Source: Chiloscyllium plagiosum (lineage: Eukaryota). From it: a stretch of 64,000 nt of DNA. The notes under the pieces were generated by a model. That model was not told where the DNA came from, did no database searches, and saw only the letters and a list, made by a program, of their open reading frames with translations. A program made the position numbers and the translations under genes. Below are positions 49,024 through 61,266 of the stretch, in pieces. Location of the stretch: the NCBI RefSeq assembly GCF_004010195.1, contig NC_057718.1:95685158-95749157 (forward strand), read 5' to 3'. The number at the start of each line of letters is the position of its first letter. The first letter of the stretch is position 1.

Positions 49024-50510
49024 GGGCTGTGTGATGGCTCAGTGGTTAGCACTGCTGCCTCACAGCGCTTGGGACTTTCCGAAAGCCTTTGATAAGGTCC
49101 CACATAGGAGATTAGTGAGTAAAATTAGGGCACATGGTATTGGGGGTAAAATACTGACTTGGATTGAAAATTGGCTGGTTGACAGGAAGCAAAGGTAGTG
49201 ATAAACAGGTCACTTCGGAATGGCAGGCGGTGACCCAGTGGGGTACCACAAGGTTCGGTGCTGGGATCGCAGCTGTTTACAGTATACACTAATGATATCG
49301 ATAAAGGCATTTAAAGTAATATTAGCAAATTTGCTGATGACACAAAGCTGGGTGGCAGGGTGAAATGTGAGGAGGATGTTATGAGAATACAGGGTGACTT
49401 GGACAGGTTCGGTGAGTGGACAGATGCATGGCAGATGCAGTTTAATGTGGATAAATCTACTTTGGTAGCAAGAACAGGAAGGCAGATTACTATGTAAATG
49501 GAGTCAAGTTAGGTAAAGGGGAAGTATAATGAGATCTAGGTATTCTTGTACATCAGTCAATGAAAGCAAGCATGCAGGTACAGCAGGCAGTGAAGAAAGC
49601 TAATGGCATGCTGACCTTCATAACAAGAGGAATTGAGTATAGGAGCAGAGAGGTCTTTCTGCAGTTGTCCAAGGCCCTGGTGAGACCACACCTGGAGTAT
49701 TGTGTGCTGTTTTGGTCTCCAATTTTGAGGAAGCACATTCTGGCTATTGAGGGAGTGCCGCGTAGGTTCACAAGGTCAATTCCCGGAATGGCGGGACATT
49801 CATATGTTGAAAGATTGGAGCGACTGGGCTTGTACACACTTGAGTTTAGAAGGATGAGAGGGGATCAGATTGAGACGCATACGTTTATTAAAAGATTGGA
49901 CACTCTGGAGGTAGGAAGCATGTTTCTGCTGATGGGTGAGTCCAGAATCAGAGGACGCAGTTTAAAGATAAAGGGTAGGCCATTTAGAACAGAGTTGAGG
50001 AGAATCTTCTTCACCCAGAGAGTGGTGGGTGTATGGAATGCTCTGCCCCAGAAGGCAGTGGAGGCCCAGTCTCTGGATACTTTCAAGAAAGAGTTGGATA
50101 GAGCTCTTAAATATAGTGGAATCAAGGGATATTGGGATAAGGCAGGAACAGGATACTGATTAAGGATGATCAGCCATGATCATAGTGAATGATGGTGCTG
50201 GCTTGAAGGGCTATATGGCCTACTCCTGCACCTATTGTCTATTGACCAGGGTTTGATTCCTGCCTCAGGTGACTATCTGTGTGGAGTTTGCACATTTTCC
50301 CCGTGTCTACATGGGTTTCCCTTGGGTGCTCCAGTTTCCTCCCACAATCCAAATATGTGCAAGTTAGATGAATTGGCCATGCTAAATTGCCCACACTGTT
50401 GAGGGATGTGTTGGTTAGGTGTATTATTTTGGTTAAATGTAGGGGAATCGGTTACTCTCCAGAGGGTCAGTATGGACTTGTTGAGCCAAATGGCCTGTTC
50501 CCGCACTGCA
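49024..50510 (+). mobile_element. HE1-type SINE split between A and B boxes by a CR1 insertion
   Basis: Head 49024-49072; resumes at 50245 'accagggtttgattcc'. Confidence 0.88.
49072..50244 (+). mobile_element. CR1/HER1-type LINE, 5'-truncated RT to 3' end
   Basis: DFPKAFDKVPH, GVPQGSVLG, KFADDTKL, ORF 49560-50159 VRPHLEYC...FFTQRVVGVWNALP; (ctattgt) tail. Confidence 0.93.
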
Positions 50511-50550
50511 GGGCTTGTATTCTCATTCATTGTATTATCCTTTCAATAAA

Positions 50551-51028
50551 TAGAGTCATAAAGATACACAGCACAGAAACAAATCCTTCAGTCCATGCTA
50601 ACCAGATATCCTAGATTAATCTAGTCCCATTTTCCAGCATTTGGCCCATATCCCTCTAAACCCTTCCTGTTCATGTACACATCCAAATGCCGTTTTCAAT
50701 ATTGTAATTGTACCAGCCTTCACCACTTCCTCTGGCAGCTCATTCCATACATGCACCACTCTCTGAGTGAAAACATTGCCCCTTAGGTCCCCTTTAAATC
50801 TTTCCCTTTTCACCCTAAACCTATGCCCTCTAGTTCTGGACTTCCTCACCCCAGGGAAAAGACCTTGTCTATTTACCCTACCCATGCCCCTCATGGTTTT
50901 ATAAAACCCTATAAGGTCACCCCTCAGCTCCAGGGAAAACAGCCCCAGCCTATTCAGCCTCTCCCTTTTGCTCAAACCCTCCAACCCTGGCAACAACCTT
51001 GTAAATCATGTCTGAACCCTTTCAAGTT
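50551..51028 (-). mobile_element. CR1/HER1-type LINE 3' fragment
   Basis: ORF 50616-50996 MLPGLEGL...RTRGHRF...FTQRVVHVWNELP. Confidence 0.9.
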
Positions 51029-52084
51029 GAATGAATTAATTAACGACTCCTTAAAGGGGGTAAATTATCATATAGTATGGAGCTTGAAACCATCACCATA
51101 GGATTAAGACCCTGATTATTTAACAACTGACACCTTGCAGTGTTGCTTATCTGTGTGTAAGTGATAATCCAATCAATGACCTCCAACTGTATGCATTAAA
51201 TCTTAATTTGTATGATGAAAATCACCAAGACCTTATCTTCTTTGTACAGGCTCCCTTCAATATTGCCATTTCTTCCTCTCAGGCATCTACTTCGTTCCTC
51301 AGTGCCCTCCAGTCGTGGTCCATCCCACTCTCTCTGGAGTTCGTAGGCTGGAAGGACGCTGAATTAGTTGAGGACAGTGGTGGTGGAAAGACCCATTCTT
51401 GTGACAATCTTTAAGTGGGCAATTAAGTGGGTGCTCATCCCATGCTGCTGGAGTTAACCCAGTTGCAGGTTGACCTGTCACCTTGTGGTGTGCCCAAAAA
51501 CTGCTGTGCATACAGGGTGACCTACACCTGTTCCTGTTTTCTATCTGTTCTTCTTTCCAAACCCTTGATTTCCTGTCCCTGTGACTCTTGACCCTGGAAG
51601 CCTCTCCTCCTGCATCACTTGTCTTTGATTTGGGTCTGCAAACCTGAGACGCAGTGAGTGTGGTGAGGTGGGGGAGCTGGGATGTAAATTGTTCTTCTTG
51701 TAGATGCCATGTTCTCCTCTGGGTAGCTGTTGAGCACCAGATTAATACAACACACATCAGGACCGACCTGGTTTCACTGTACATCCTGTCAGTAACCTTG
51801 CCGCACTGGCATGTGATTCAGTAGGCCTTAGGCTGAGGAGACAACATAGGCCTTTCGCCAGCTCTACAGCCAGACGTCAAGGCTCCCCAGCACCTCAGGA
51901 AGAATCTGCCTAGCATGTATCCTGTTGGGAGCCCCTCAGAATTATACAAGTTTTGTTAAGATCACCTTGTGTTCTTCTTAACTCCAACAAATATAGGTCC
52001 AATTTGCTTGAGGTTTCTTCATGTGACAGCCACTTCATCCCAGGAACTTTCTGTGAACTCTGCCCAATGTCTCTGGCTCTTCTC

Positions 52085-52240
52085 AGGCTCTGCTAGGTGG
52101 GTTAGCCCTGTGAAAAGAGGGATTACATGGATAGGCTTGGGAGGGGGGTCGTGCTGTAGGGACAGGGGTTGTGGGATGCTCTTCAGAGAGTCAGAGTTGA
52201 CTCGATGGGTCAGCTGGCCTGCTGTGGTGATTCTATGATC
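52085..52240 (+). mobile_element. HE1-type SINE 3' remnant
   Basis: 'gctaggtgggttagcc...gggatgctcttcagagagtcag...ggcctgct..gattctatga'. Confidence 0.6.
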
Positions 52241-52571
52241 CTGTTGGGGAACCTTGCTGCAGCCCTTTGTTAGTGAGCTTCACTGAGGGATAACAGTGTT
52301 ATTTGTTCCTGGAACATTTTCACAGCCAAAGCTAAATTTAGTTCTGTCAAGAGATGTTATGTTTGTCATGCAAGCCAGTGATGGTGTTGAAGGAGTTAAT
52401 GTTGATGTTGGTTTAAGCTCCTCTCAGAGTCTTTGAGTAGAGACAGTTGAAATCTTCACTAGTTCCCGAAGGTGGCAGATGTGTTCTGCAAAGCTGCCAG
52501 CAGCCCTGAGTAACTATGTCCAGCCACTTCTTGCTAACTGTACCTACAGTCTTTTTGGTGGTACAAAACCT

Positions 52572-52790
52572 GGGTATTGCTGGACAAAGACATATTTATC
52601 GAAGCTTTTCATTTTGCACTCATCAGGACAATTCGCAAGAATGGCAGTGTAAGGGGAAACCAGTATTTACGCTGTAAGAGAGGTCTGTGCTGATTTGTCG
52701 GCAAGTCAGTGCTGATGAAGAGACTCTTGCTGAAAAGCTTTGAGAAAAATGTGTTTTTTTTTAGCAATTAACTGTTTTTAGTGCGACCTT
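52572..52790. mobile_element. Penelope-derived fold-back remnant, family C
   Basis: Minus arm 52572-52710 and a degenerate + arm 'ctgatgaagag..gaaaagctttgag..ttttttagcaat'. Confidence 0.7.
52596..52631 (-). ncRNA. Minimal type-I hammerhead ribozyme motif (family C), near-intact
   Basis: UUGUC-CUGAUGA-GU gcaaa AU-GAA-AAGCUU-C-GAUAA: stem I 5 bp with one G.U, 2-bp stem II, palindromic AAGCUU stem III. Confidence 0.7.
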
Positions 52791-53341
52791 ACAATAAACT
52801 GACTTGTTCTGTGAAGAAAGTATCTTTTCTTTGAGATTTGTGGTCTAATCTCTACTACTGATAAGTAGCCTTAGACTCAGTGCACAGAAAGGAGGATTGA
52901 TGACAGCAAACTGCCCGAATCAGAATAATGCAGCCTTCTGAAATCCACTAGACCTTAAATCCTAATTTAACAATGCTGAATATCAACATTCTTCTTGTTT
53001 TGAATTTCCAACAGCTCAATTTCAGAATGCGTGAATTACTTACAAGATGTGGTTCTTGCCACATGGTTTCCAAAGTGGAAACTCAAAATTTCCCCAAATG
53101 TTTGGAATAAATTTCGAGGAGGGCAATAAAGCATTTCCCAAGTGGAACAACTCTCCTCAGGCAAGCTGTTACTCTTTCTAATCACCAGATGAAAAATATT
53201 TTTACAGAAATCCAAGATTCGACCCCATGCCAATCCACAATGTCTGTGATGTTCAAAAGCGGGGGAGAAGGAGGATAAAACTTAAATTATTGCATAGGTC
53301 CCTTCCTGAAAAGAGTTGCTTCAGTATGGTTAACTTGAATT

Positions 53342-53653
53342 GGGGTGGCACGGTGGCTCAGTGGTTAGCACTGCTGCCTTACAGCGCCAGGGACCCAGGC
53401 TCGATTCCAGCCTTGGGTGACTGCCTGTGTGGTGTTTGCACATTCTCCCTGTGTCTGCAGTGGTTTACTCCAGGTGCTACGGTTTCCTCCCACAGTCCAA
53501 AGATGTGCAGGTCAGGTGAATTGGCCAAGCTAAATTGCCCATAGTGTTAGCTGCATTAGTCAGAGGATAATGGTCTGGGTGGGTTACTCTTCGGAGGGTC
53601 GGTGTGGACTGGTTGGGCCGAAGGGCCTGTTTCCACACTGTAGGAAATCTAAT
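53342..53653 (+). mobile_element. HE1-type SINE
   Basis: Full head to tail. Confidence 0.92.
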
Positions 53654-53769
53654 CTTGAAAGCTTGAAAATCCGACTTGAAAATATAATGCTTTCACTGAA
53701 CAGGATCCTCTGCAACCGTGAATGTACACCAGTGTGCTTTGAGAAACATTTTGAATTTGATTGACTAAA

Positions 53770-54130
53770 GAGCAAGCTGTGAGATTTCAGGAAGGATGCA
53801 GGTGTGTTGAATCAAAGCAGTTGAGGTCTTTATACTAGTTGGTGGGAAGGTTGGGGGATGATAGAGGGAGTATGCGGAGGGCTGCAGAAACACTAAATGT
53901 CAGAGTTCTGAAGGGTTTGGGAGGGTGTATAAGACTGGGAGAAGCAAGAAGAATAAAATGTACAGGCGCGCAACAGATTTGAAACCAAAAGCAAACATTT
54001 GAACATTGATATACTTGAAGTGCTGGAGCCAGGGTCAATGTGGAGACTGCTGTTCTTGGTGGTGAGTGCACAGTTTGATTCCGAATGGTAGGAGCACAAT
54101 TTCAATGTCTACCAAGAACAGACAGGCCTG
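53770..54130 (-). mobile_element. L2-type LINE remnant
   Basis: Purine-rich 'gggagggtgtata..ctgggagaag...gatttgaaacc...tttgaacattg..gccagggtc' pattern typical of a reversed L2 3' region. Confidence 0.35.
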
Positions 54131-54369
54131 GAGATTAGTGCAGAGGGCTGGAAGGGGCTGATATCTCATACGGTTAGGAGAAATAAGCGACATGTACAAA
54201 TTAAAGTGGTTACTTGTAATGCATTATGCTCAGGGGGTAGAAAAAAAAGACAAGTTGCTGAAAGAAGAAGTTGATTGAGAGAGGAACTTCGAAGTTTAAA
54301 AAAGACTGATTTTCTCAAATTGCAGGTGTATGCATATAAAGCTAGCAACACGGGCCAAAAGTATATAAG

Positions 54370-54866
54370 AAGGATTTTGTCAAACTTGAAAGGGTTCAGA
54401 AAAGGATGTTGCCAGGGTTGGAAGGTTTGAGCCACAGGGAGAGGATGAGTAGGCTGGGGCTATTTTCCTTAGAGCGTCGGAGGCTGAGGGGTGACCTTAT
54501 GGAGGTTTGTAAAATCATGAAGGGCATAAATAGACAAGGTCTTTTCCCTGGCGTAGGGGAGTCCAAAATGAGAAGGCATATGTTTAAGATGAGAGGAGAA
54601 TGATTTAAAAGGGACCTAAGGAGCAATGCTTTCATGGTGGTGTGTGTATGGAATAAGTTGCCGGAAGAATTGGTGGAGGCTGGTAAAATGACAACATTTA
54701 AAAGGCATCAGGATGGGTATATGAAAAGGAAGGGTTCAGGGGGATTTGGGCCAAGTGCTGGCAAATGGGACTAGATTAATTTAGGATATTGGGTCGGCAT
54801 GGATAGAAGAGTTGGACTGAAGGGTCTCTTTCTGTGATGTACAGTTCGATGACTCTATGACTCTAT
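54370..54866 (+). mobile_element. CR1/HER1-type LINE 3' fragment
   Basis: ORF 54406-54603 MLPGLEGLSHRERMSRLGLFSLERRRLRGDL; (ctctatga) tail. Confidence 0.9.
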
Positions 54867-55298
54867 TTGAGATTTTGTAAATAAAGGTCCAGCACAAGAT
54901 CAAAAATGCAATGATGCAGTTGTCCAGATCATTGGTTGGAATGTAGCTACAGATTATTTGCAATCTTGGTCACCGCAATATGGAAACGTCGTAGATGCCA
55001 TAATGACCATACAGTGAGATTGTCCAGGATGATGTCTGAAATAGAAACTTTAGTTTGAAGATAAACCGAAGGTAGGGGGACTACTTCCACATAAGTGACA
55101 AGACTAGAGATTTAGGAGAGGTGTTTTTGATTGCAAAGAGTTTTTATTCAATGAATGGGAAGCACTATTTTCTCTTGTTAGGGAATCAATCGCCAGAGGT
55201 AATCAATTGAAATATGTTGAGAATGAAGAGAGAAATAAGAAGAAATTTGTTTATTGTGGATACTCATTGAAGGATGGAATGCTTTGCCAAATAGATAG

Positions 55299-55447
55299 GA
55301 AAGTCACCATAGTCCCACTCTTTCATGAGAGAGGTGGTGGTTTGACCCAAGGGTCATCACACCTCAGGCGAAAGGCAAGATTCATAGCAACCTCAGCTGG
55401 ACACACGTCGTGCCCCACAATGCATTGCAAACCAGCCATCTTAGCCA
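55299..55447 (-). mobile_element. Degenerate tRNA-SINE of another family
   Basis: 'aaagtcaccatagtccc...ggtggtggtttgacccaagggtcatcacacctcagg...gcaaaccagccatcttagcca'. Confidence 0.45.
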
Positions 55448-56272
55448 CGCGATTGCTTTGTCAGTTGGAACAGTTAAGGCAGTGATACTTGCAACTTTTA
55501 AAAGAAAATTCAATGAATGCTAGGCTCCAAAGAAGATAAATGGCCTTGAGATCATCTCAAGGCAGTGGGATTTTTTAGGTATCAAAGACTGCACAGGCCT
55601 AATATATCAGTGTTCTCATTTTGTGCAGTAAATGTTAATGATCAAATGCTCCTATGGCATTGGAAAAGTCACACCATTCACTGAAAATGGTGTGACTTAG
55701 TGCAGATCAAAATGCAAAGACAAAACCCTTCCCCCAGTACAAAAGAGAAGTCAAAGTAGCACAACCTAACTATTGTTACACCAATGTCCTTCAAGTAGAG
55801 GCAACAGATTGTACGTCTTACAACAAAAGCTGCACCTGAATTATGTCAGTGCTTAATGACCTGGGAATTAGAAAACTTGACCTCTTAGCTTTTTAGATGA
55901 CTTAATGGACGAAAATCTATGCCCTGTGTGACACTGAGCCGCACCGATTACGAAAGAGCATTGTTCCATCTCATCTCTACGTGGTTACTCGATCTCAGCT
56001 GGACTGCACTGAAGTTGGCCTCAGTGCCAGGGAGGGCAATAATCAGACAGGATTCTGCTCCTGATTGCTGTCCCATGCTGGAATTGTGTGCAGCTGTGTT
56101 GCAATCCACTGTCAAAAGGTCTGAAGGGACTCACCATCGAGAATCATACATGAAAAATGGGGTAACAGAGGTTAAAGGCATCACCAGAACTGTATCTTCA
56201 CACAAGCCAGTTTGTGACACTGCCTGTATTGTTTGTTTCATTGATTCTAATATCCAAGTCGTGCCTTTGATC

Positions 56273-56323
56273 TTACTACCTCATTAACTATCTCATTACT
56301 ACCTCATTAACTATCTCATTACT
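56273..56323 (+). repeat. Tandem duplication, 23-bp unit x2.2
   Basis: ttactacctcattaactatctca repeated perfectly. Confidence 0.95.
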
Positions 56324-56559
56324 TTGCTCCAAAAAGAAAACAGTTTGTTTTGTTGTATAAAGATCAATGTGCTGAGGTTTAACTCCCTCTGACCAATACT
56401 TCCTGGCAATGAAGGGCAGTTTCCTTTCTCATAAGTTGCAAATTGCTATCTTTCGACTAAAAATTGCACTTCATAAAATCAAGGCTCACTTCCTGCTTGT
56501 TAAGATGTTAAGGAGCTGTTATTATGGGATGGTTCAAATCAGATTGGGTGCGTTCCAAA

Positions 56560-57030
56560 CATTTCTTTTGCATTCGTGAGGTGCTGGCATCACTTGGCAA
56601 GGCCCCACGTTTATTGCGTGCCCCTTGCTACCCTTAAGAAAGTTATAGTCCGAGCAGCTTTCTTGAAGCGCTGCAGTCCATTTAATGGAGTTAAAAATCA
56701 CACAACACCAGGTTATAGTCCAACAGGTTTAATTGGAAGCCTTCATCAGGTGAAGGAGCAGCGCTCCAAAAGCTAGTGTGCTTCCAATTAAACCTGTTGG
56801 ACTATCACCTGGTGTTGTGTGATTTTTAACTTTGTACACCCCAGTCCAACACCAGCGTCTCCAAACCGTTTAATGGAAGGACTCTCGCAGTGCCATCAGG
56901 CATGGAACTTCACTCCATGTTTCTGATCAGCCAGGCTGGTGTGTGGACTGGAGAGAAGCTTACATTTGTTGGAAGCACCGTGTATGTGTTGGCCTTGTCG
57001 GCCCAAGTGGTAGACATTGCCAGTTTGGGT
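56560..57030 (-). mobile_element. CR1-clade LINE (second tail type) 3' part, interrupted by a PLE mini-element
   Basis: 'catcacttggcaaggcc..tttattgc...ttcttgaagcgctgcagtcca' reverse tail. Confidence 0.65.
56690..56865. mobile_element. Penelope-derived fold-back mini-element, family B
   Basis: About 50-bp near-perfect inverted arms; TSD cc(a/g)tttaatgga (56678-56689 / 56866-56877). Confidence 0.9.
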
Positions 57031-57729
57031 GGTACAGAACAAGGCATAGTGAGTTCATACTGCAACTGACCAGAAACTCTCATGTTCCACTTTGGAAGCT
57101 ATGTTGGCTTGCCTGAACCAGTTATTTCGTTAACCACTAGCAAATGGTGTCTAGAAACTTGACCTTGTGAACGGTCACAGTAGGACGGTGGTCAATAGTT
57201 TGTGGCTTCAATTTAGCTGCCATCTAAATCTTCAAAGACATAAATCCAGCTTTGTTTTATCCCCAATATCTGCACTACTATAATTTCAGGTTTGGTGTGG
57301 TTTAGATATTTAGAGATGGTGCATGCTTCTTTTATTACTGTGCTATATAAGTATACTTTATAAATAGAACTGCTGAATTGGAAGGAGGTATCAGGAAAGT
57401 AGTTCAACTTGTTAGGCCTGATTTTAAGTGAGGAGGGTAGTAGTATTGGATAGAGCTGAGCAACAATTCACCAACACCCCCATGACTTAGTCCACCATGT
57501 TTACGCCTGGATGGACTGCACTCCTGCAGAACTTGGGAAACTCTCCACCTCATTCCTGCAATCCCCTGTCTCCACTTAAAGTGAGGGTAGCATCTCTGAA
57601 AGCAAGTCTGCACTTCCTTGCAGGAATTTTTAATACTGAAGATATTCCGGCGGTAGGGACGAGTCAAAGAGTTGGTTCCTGCCTTATCCCTGGAAATGAC
57701 GGTCAGGAGTGACTTACTGTTCCCTAACT

Positions 57730-58035
57730 CATAGAATAGAATCCCTACAGTGTGGAAACAGGACATTCAGCCTATCGAGTCCACACCAAAGTACATCCCA
57801 ACACCCTCTATCCTAACCCTGTAATCCTAGATTTCCCATGGCTAGTCTACCTGGTCTGCACATCCCTGGACACTATGGGCAATTTAGAATGGCCCTAACC
57901 TGCACATCTTTGGACAGTGGGAGGAAACCCACACAGGCACAGGGAGAATATGCAGAATCCACCCAGACAGTCACCAGAGAGTGGAATTGAACCCTGGAGC
58001 TGTGAGACGACAATGCTAACCACTGAGCCACTGTG
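57730..58035 (-). mobile_element. HE1-type SINE
   Basis: Reverse A/B boxes 'ggaattgaaccc', 'gctaaccactgagcca'. Confidence 0.88.
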
Positions 58036-58589
58036 CTGTTGCTTATCCATGGCCACCATTGAACAAAGCCGGACAGAGATTAGTGTCAGTGACATCATCT
58101 CCAGAACACTCAAAATCGCCTGACAAAATAGATCCCTACCACCTCTTGCATTATCCCTGCCAATCCATCACATTCTTCAAAATATTACCTCTGCTGTACA
58201 TCTCTTGCTCCTCCCAGCTACATTCCCCTGTCGCTTTCCTATCTTCATAATCCACCTACTCTCACACTGATGTTGGATAAATATCAAAGTCTCTTGTCAA
58301 ACCTTCCTCACCTTGTGCCATGGCCACTTCCCTTTCCTGACTCCACTCCATTATCAGTCCACCTGCTTCCTCACTGTCTTGCAATATAGTCATGCCCTAC
58401 TCAATTCAATTTATCTTTTCAATGCATACCCACTTAGATGTACTTTCTTTCTATTTTGGGGGACAAGAGCTGGTACCAGGGAAAAGAATAGACTGGGTAG
58501 AAGACTCCCCAGTATCGTGCACCCAGACAGAAAGTGTCCATGCTAGGGATCATTGGACTCCATGAGGGCACATCGTTGTCCCAAGAACT

Positions 58590-58830
58590 GAATGGCTAGA
58601 GCCATTTCAATAGGTGTTTAATTGTCATGAGTGAGAAGTCACATGTAGACCAACCAGGTAGGAGAAACAGATCCTTCTGTAAGAAGCATTAGGCTTTTTA
58701 TTTCAAATGTTACATGGTCACTATTAAACACGTTTCAAAAACATTTTTGAATTTAGGTTTCACCATCTGCTATTGCATGATTCAAATCCATGGCCCCAAG
58801 ACATTCTCCTGGATGACAAGTCCAGTGCTC
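58590..58830 (-). mobile_element. SlmI-like SINE, degenerate
   Basis: 'agtcacatgtagacc..ccaggta...caccatctgc...attcaaatcc'. Confidence 0.5.
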
Positions 58831-59234
58831 CATCAGAGTGTGGATTATATAGGTGCTCAGAAGAGGTAGTTTCACTTATCTTGCCCAGGTTATTGTTAGT
58901 GGTGAGCTACAGAACCTAAGGGAATGGCATGGCGAGGAGAATACAGACCGGACTTTCTCAGCATGACAACACTTTCGTCTGCCTGGTCGTTTCAAAGGTA
59001 GCTCCAACAGGGTGGCTCCTGTAGAGTTGAACAATGCTGTGAATTTCTGCATGGTATACTTCAAAAGAGTAAAGACTACATAGTCTAAAGAATCCTTGAT
59101 ACATTATCATTTTAACCTGTGATCACAGTTGTTTGATGGTTGACTTATATCTTTGAGGTCTCAGTGAATGGTTTCTTTCCCAATTTCCTGTTTCACTAGG
59201 TGCTATCAACCAAGATGATGAGAATGAACCAGAG

Positions 59235-59733
59235 TGCAGTGAAGGTTTCCCAGGCTGATTTCAGGGATGGTGAGACTGATGTATGAGGAGAGATTGACTA
59301 GGTTGGGATTGCTTTTGCTGGAGCTCAGACAAGTGAGGGCGGGATCTCATTGCAACTTATAAAATTCTAACAGGACTAAACAGGGTAGATGCTGGGAGAG
59401 TGGGTTCCTATTGGTGGGTGTGTCCAGAACCAGGGGTCGCAGTCTGAGGATTTGCAGTGGACCATTTAGGATGGAGATGAGGAGACATTTCCTCACTTAA
59501 AGAGTGGTGAATCTATAGAATTCTTTACCACAGGAAGTAGTTGATGCCAAAGCATTGGATGCATTCAAGAGGCAGTTAGATATTGCACTTGGGGCAAATG
59601 GGATTAAAGGTTATGGGGAGGAAGCAGGATTAGGCTATTGAGTTGGAAAATCAGTCATGATTGTGATGAAAGGCAGAGCAGGCTCGAAGGGCTGAACGGC
59701 CTCCTCTTGCTCCTATCTTCTATGTTTCTATGT
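59235..59733 (+). mobile_element. CR1/HER1-type LINE 3' fragment
   Basis: YEERLTRLGL, SRTRGRSL, NSLPQEVVDA; 'ggctcgaagggctgaacggcct' stem-loop and (ctatgttt) tail. Confidence 0.87.
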
Positions 59734-61266
59734 AACCTTCCATGTTCTTCAGTTATGAGAACATCTTTCTTTCTCTTTATTCTGCTTTCATAAATAGCTG
59801 CTAAAATATAATTTCTTTGTATATACGTAAGTCTAGCCCCATTGTCTTTCCAAGCTGGCTAGCTGATGGGGAATCCTTTCATCTCCAATACATATCATAC
59901 ACATGTGAATCAAAACAAGTGATGCAAACTTCTTAATGCTGTCTCATTTGCCAGGTTGGAAGTCTTTAGATAAAATTGCAATTTCATTATCAATGGTTTT
60001 GTCTATCTGTGTCTCCTGGGCTAGCCTCAGTCTGTGGCCCAGGTGATGGTTAAGTTAATATCATCCTCTTTGAAAAAAAAATAAATTTAGTCCATAAAAG
60101 ATCTCAGGTAGAGCAATCAAACATTGGAAGATGAAATTTGACAGTCATAGTTACTATTATCGTAAGAGGTGCTATAGGGTTTTGAATGAAAAATACTCAT
60201 CAAAGAGCTACAATCAATGGGAAACAATAAAGCATTGTTTGATGTGTGTTCCTGAGATATTTGTGAATATTCATCCTGAAATCATCTTACATGTTTGTGT
60301 TGTTCTCCCCTGAGAGCCTTTGATGGAAATCTGTCAGCCAGCAGTTCCTGTTTTTTAGGTCCATCTCTCAACTTCGCGTTGAAGAACAAGAGTCTGCCCA
60401 TGAATTTTCACCTGGGTCAGAAATGAATGAAATGAACACATTTACTCTGTTTGATGTTACAAAAATTGATTTTGATCTGCATCTGCTTAATGACAGTTTC
60501 TCAAAATGCATGGCCTGAATAGTTTGAATGATCTTCAGTACAGGATAAAAGAATGTGACAAAGACTATTATGAGTGGGGTTCTCCTAAGTTCTGATGGAT
60601 ATGGTAGAAGTAGCTGATTGGTATTACTTCACAAAGAACTTCTCTCTGGCATCTTACTCTGCACAGTACTGATTCTCAATTCCCTACTTCTTCCTCCTCT
60701 TAACCCATGTCTTCCTCATTGGATAACAATTGGCTGATGTTCGCCTTCCTCCTCCTTATGGACAGGCCTATGTGGGGCATGATTTAGGGAGATCCCTGTG
60801 CTCAACCATTCCTGTCAGGCTGAGGAGAATTGGGTAGGATGATTAACATCAGCATTGAATTATCTGGAATGCCTCATTTGCTTAGTCTTCCGGTTGTGTG
60901 TTGCATCATCCCAATGAAACACATACCTCTGAAACTCTATTCCCTTGAAGAATTTTAAGTACTTCAGGATGTCCTGAGAACGGGATATGAATTTCTTTTT
61001 TCTTTTCCATGATCTAAATACTTGATGGTAAACATTCCTTGTGATATGTGCACATGTATATACCTGACTTGCCTATATTAATAATACTCTGAGGGATTAA
61101 AAAAGGGAGAAGAGCAGATGTTGGTGCAGGTGTCTCTTACAACTTTTAAAATAAACCTCTTATATCACTTTTTTATATCAGGTAAGAAAGCTGTTACATT
61201 TTTTAAAGAAGTTAAATGTTATTTTCTTGAATTAAATGGAAGATTACCTGGCTGTATTGGAATGTT

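Noticed and set aside
51299..51784. 161-aa ORF or additional Harbinger-like remnant (also 40700-40915)
   Set aside because: Only faint resemblance to Myb-like motifs; not supportable without a search.
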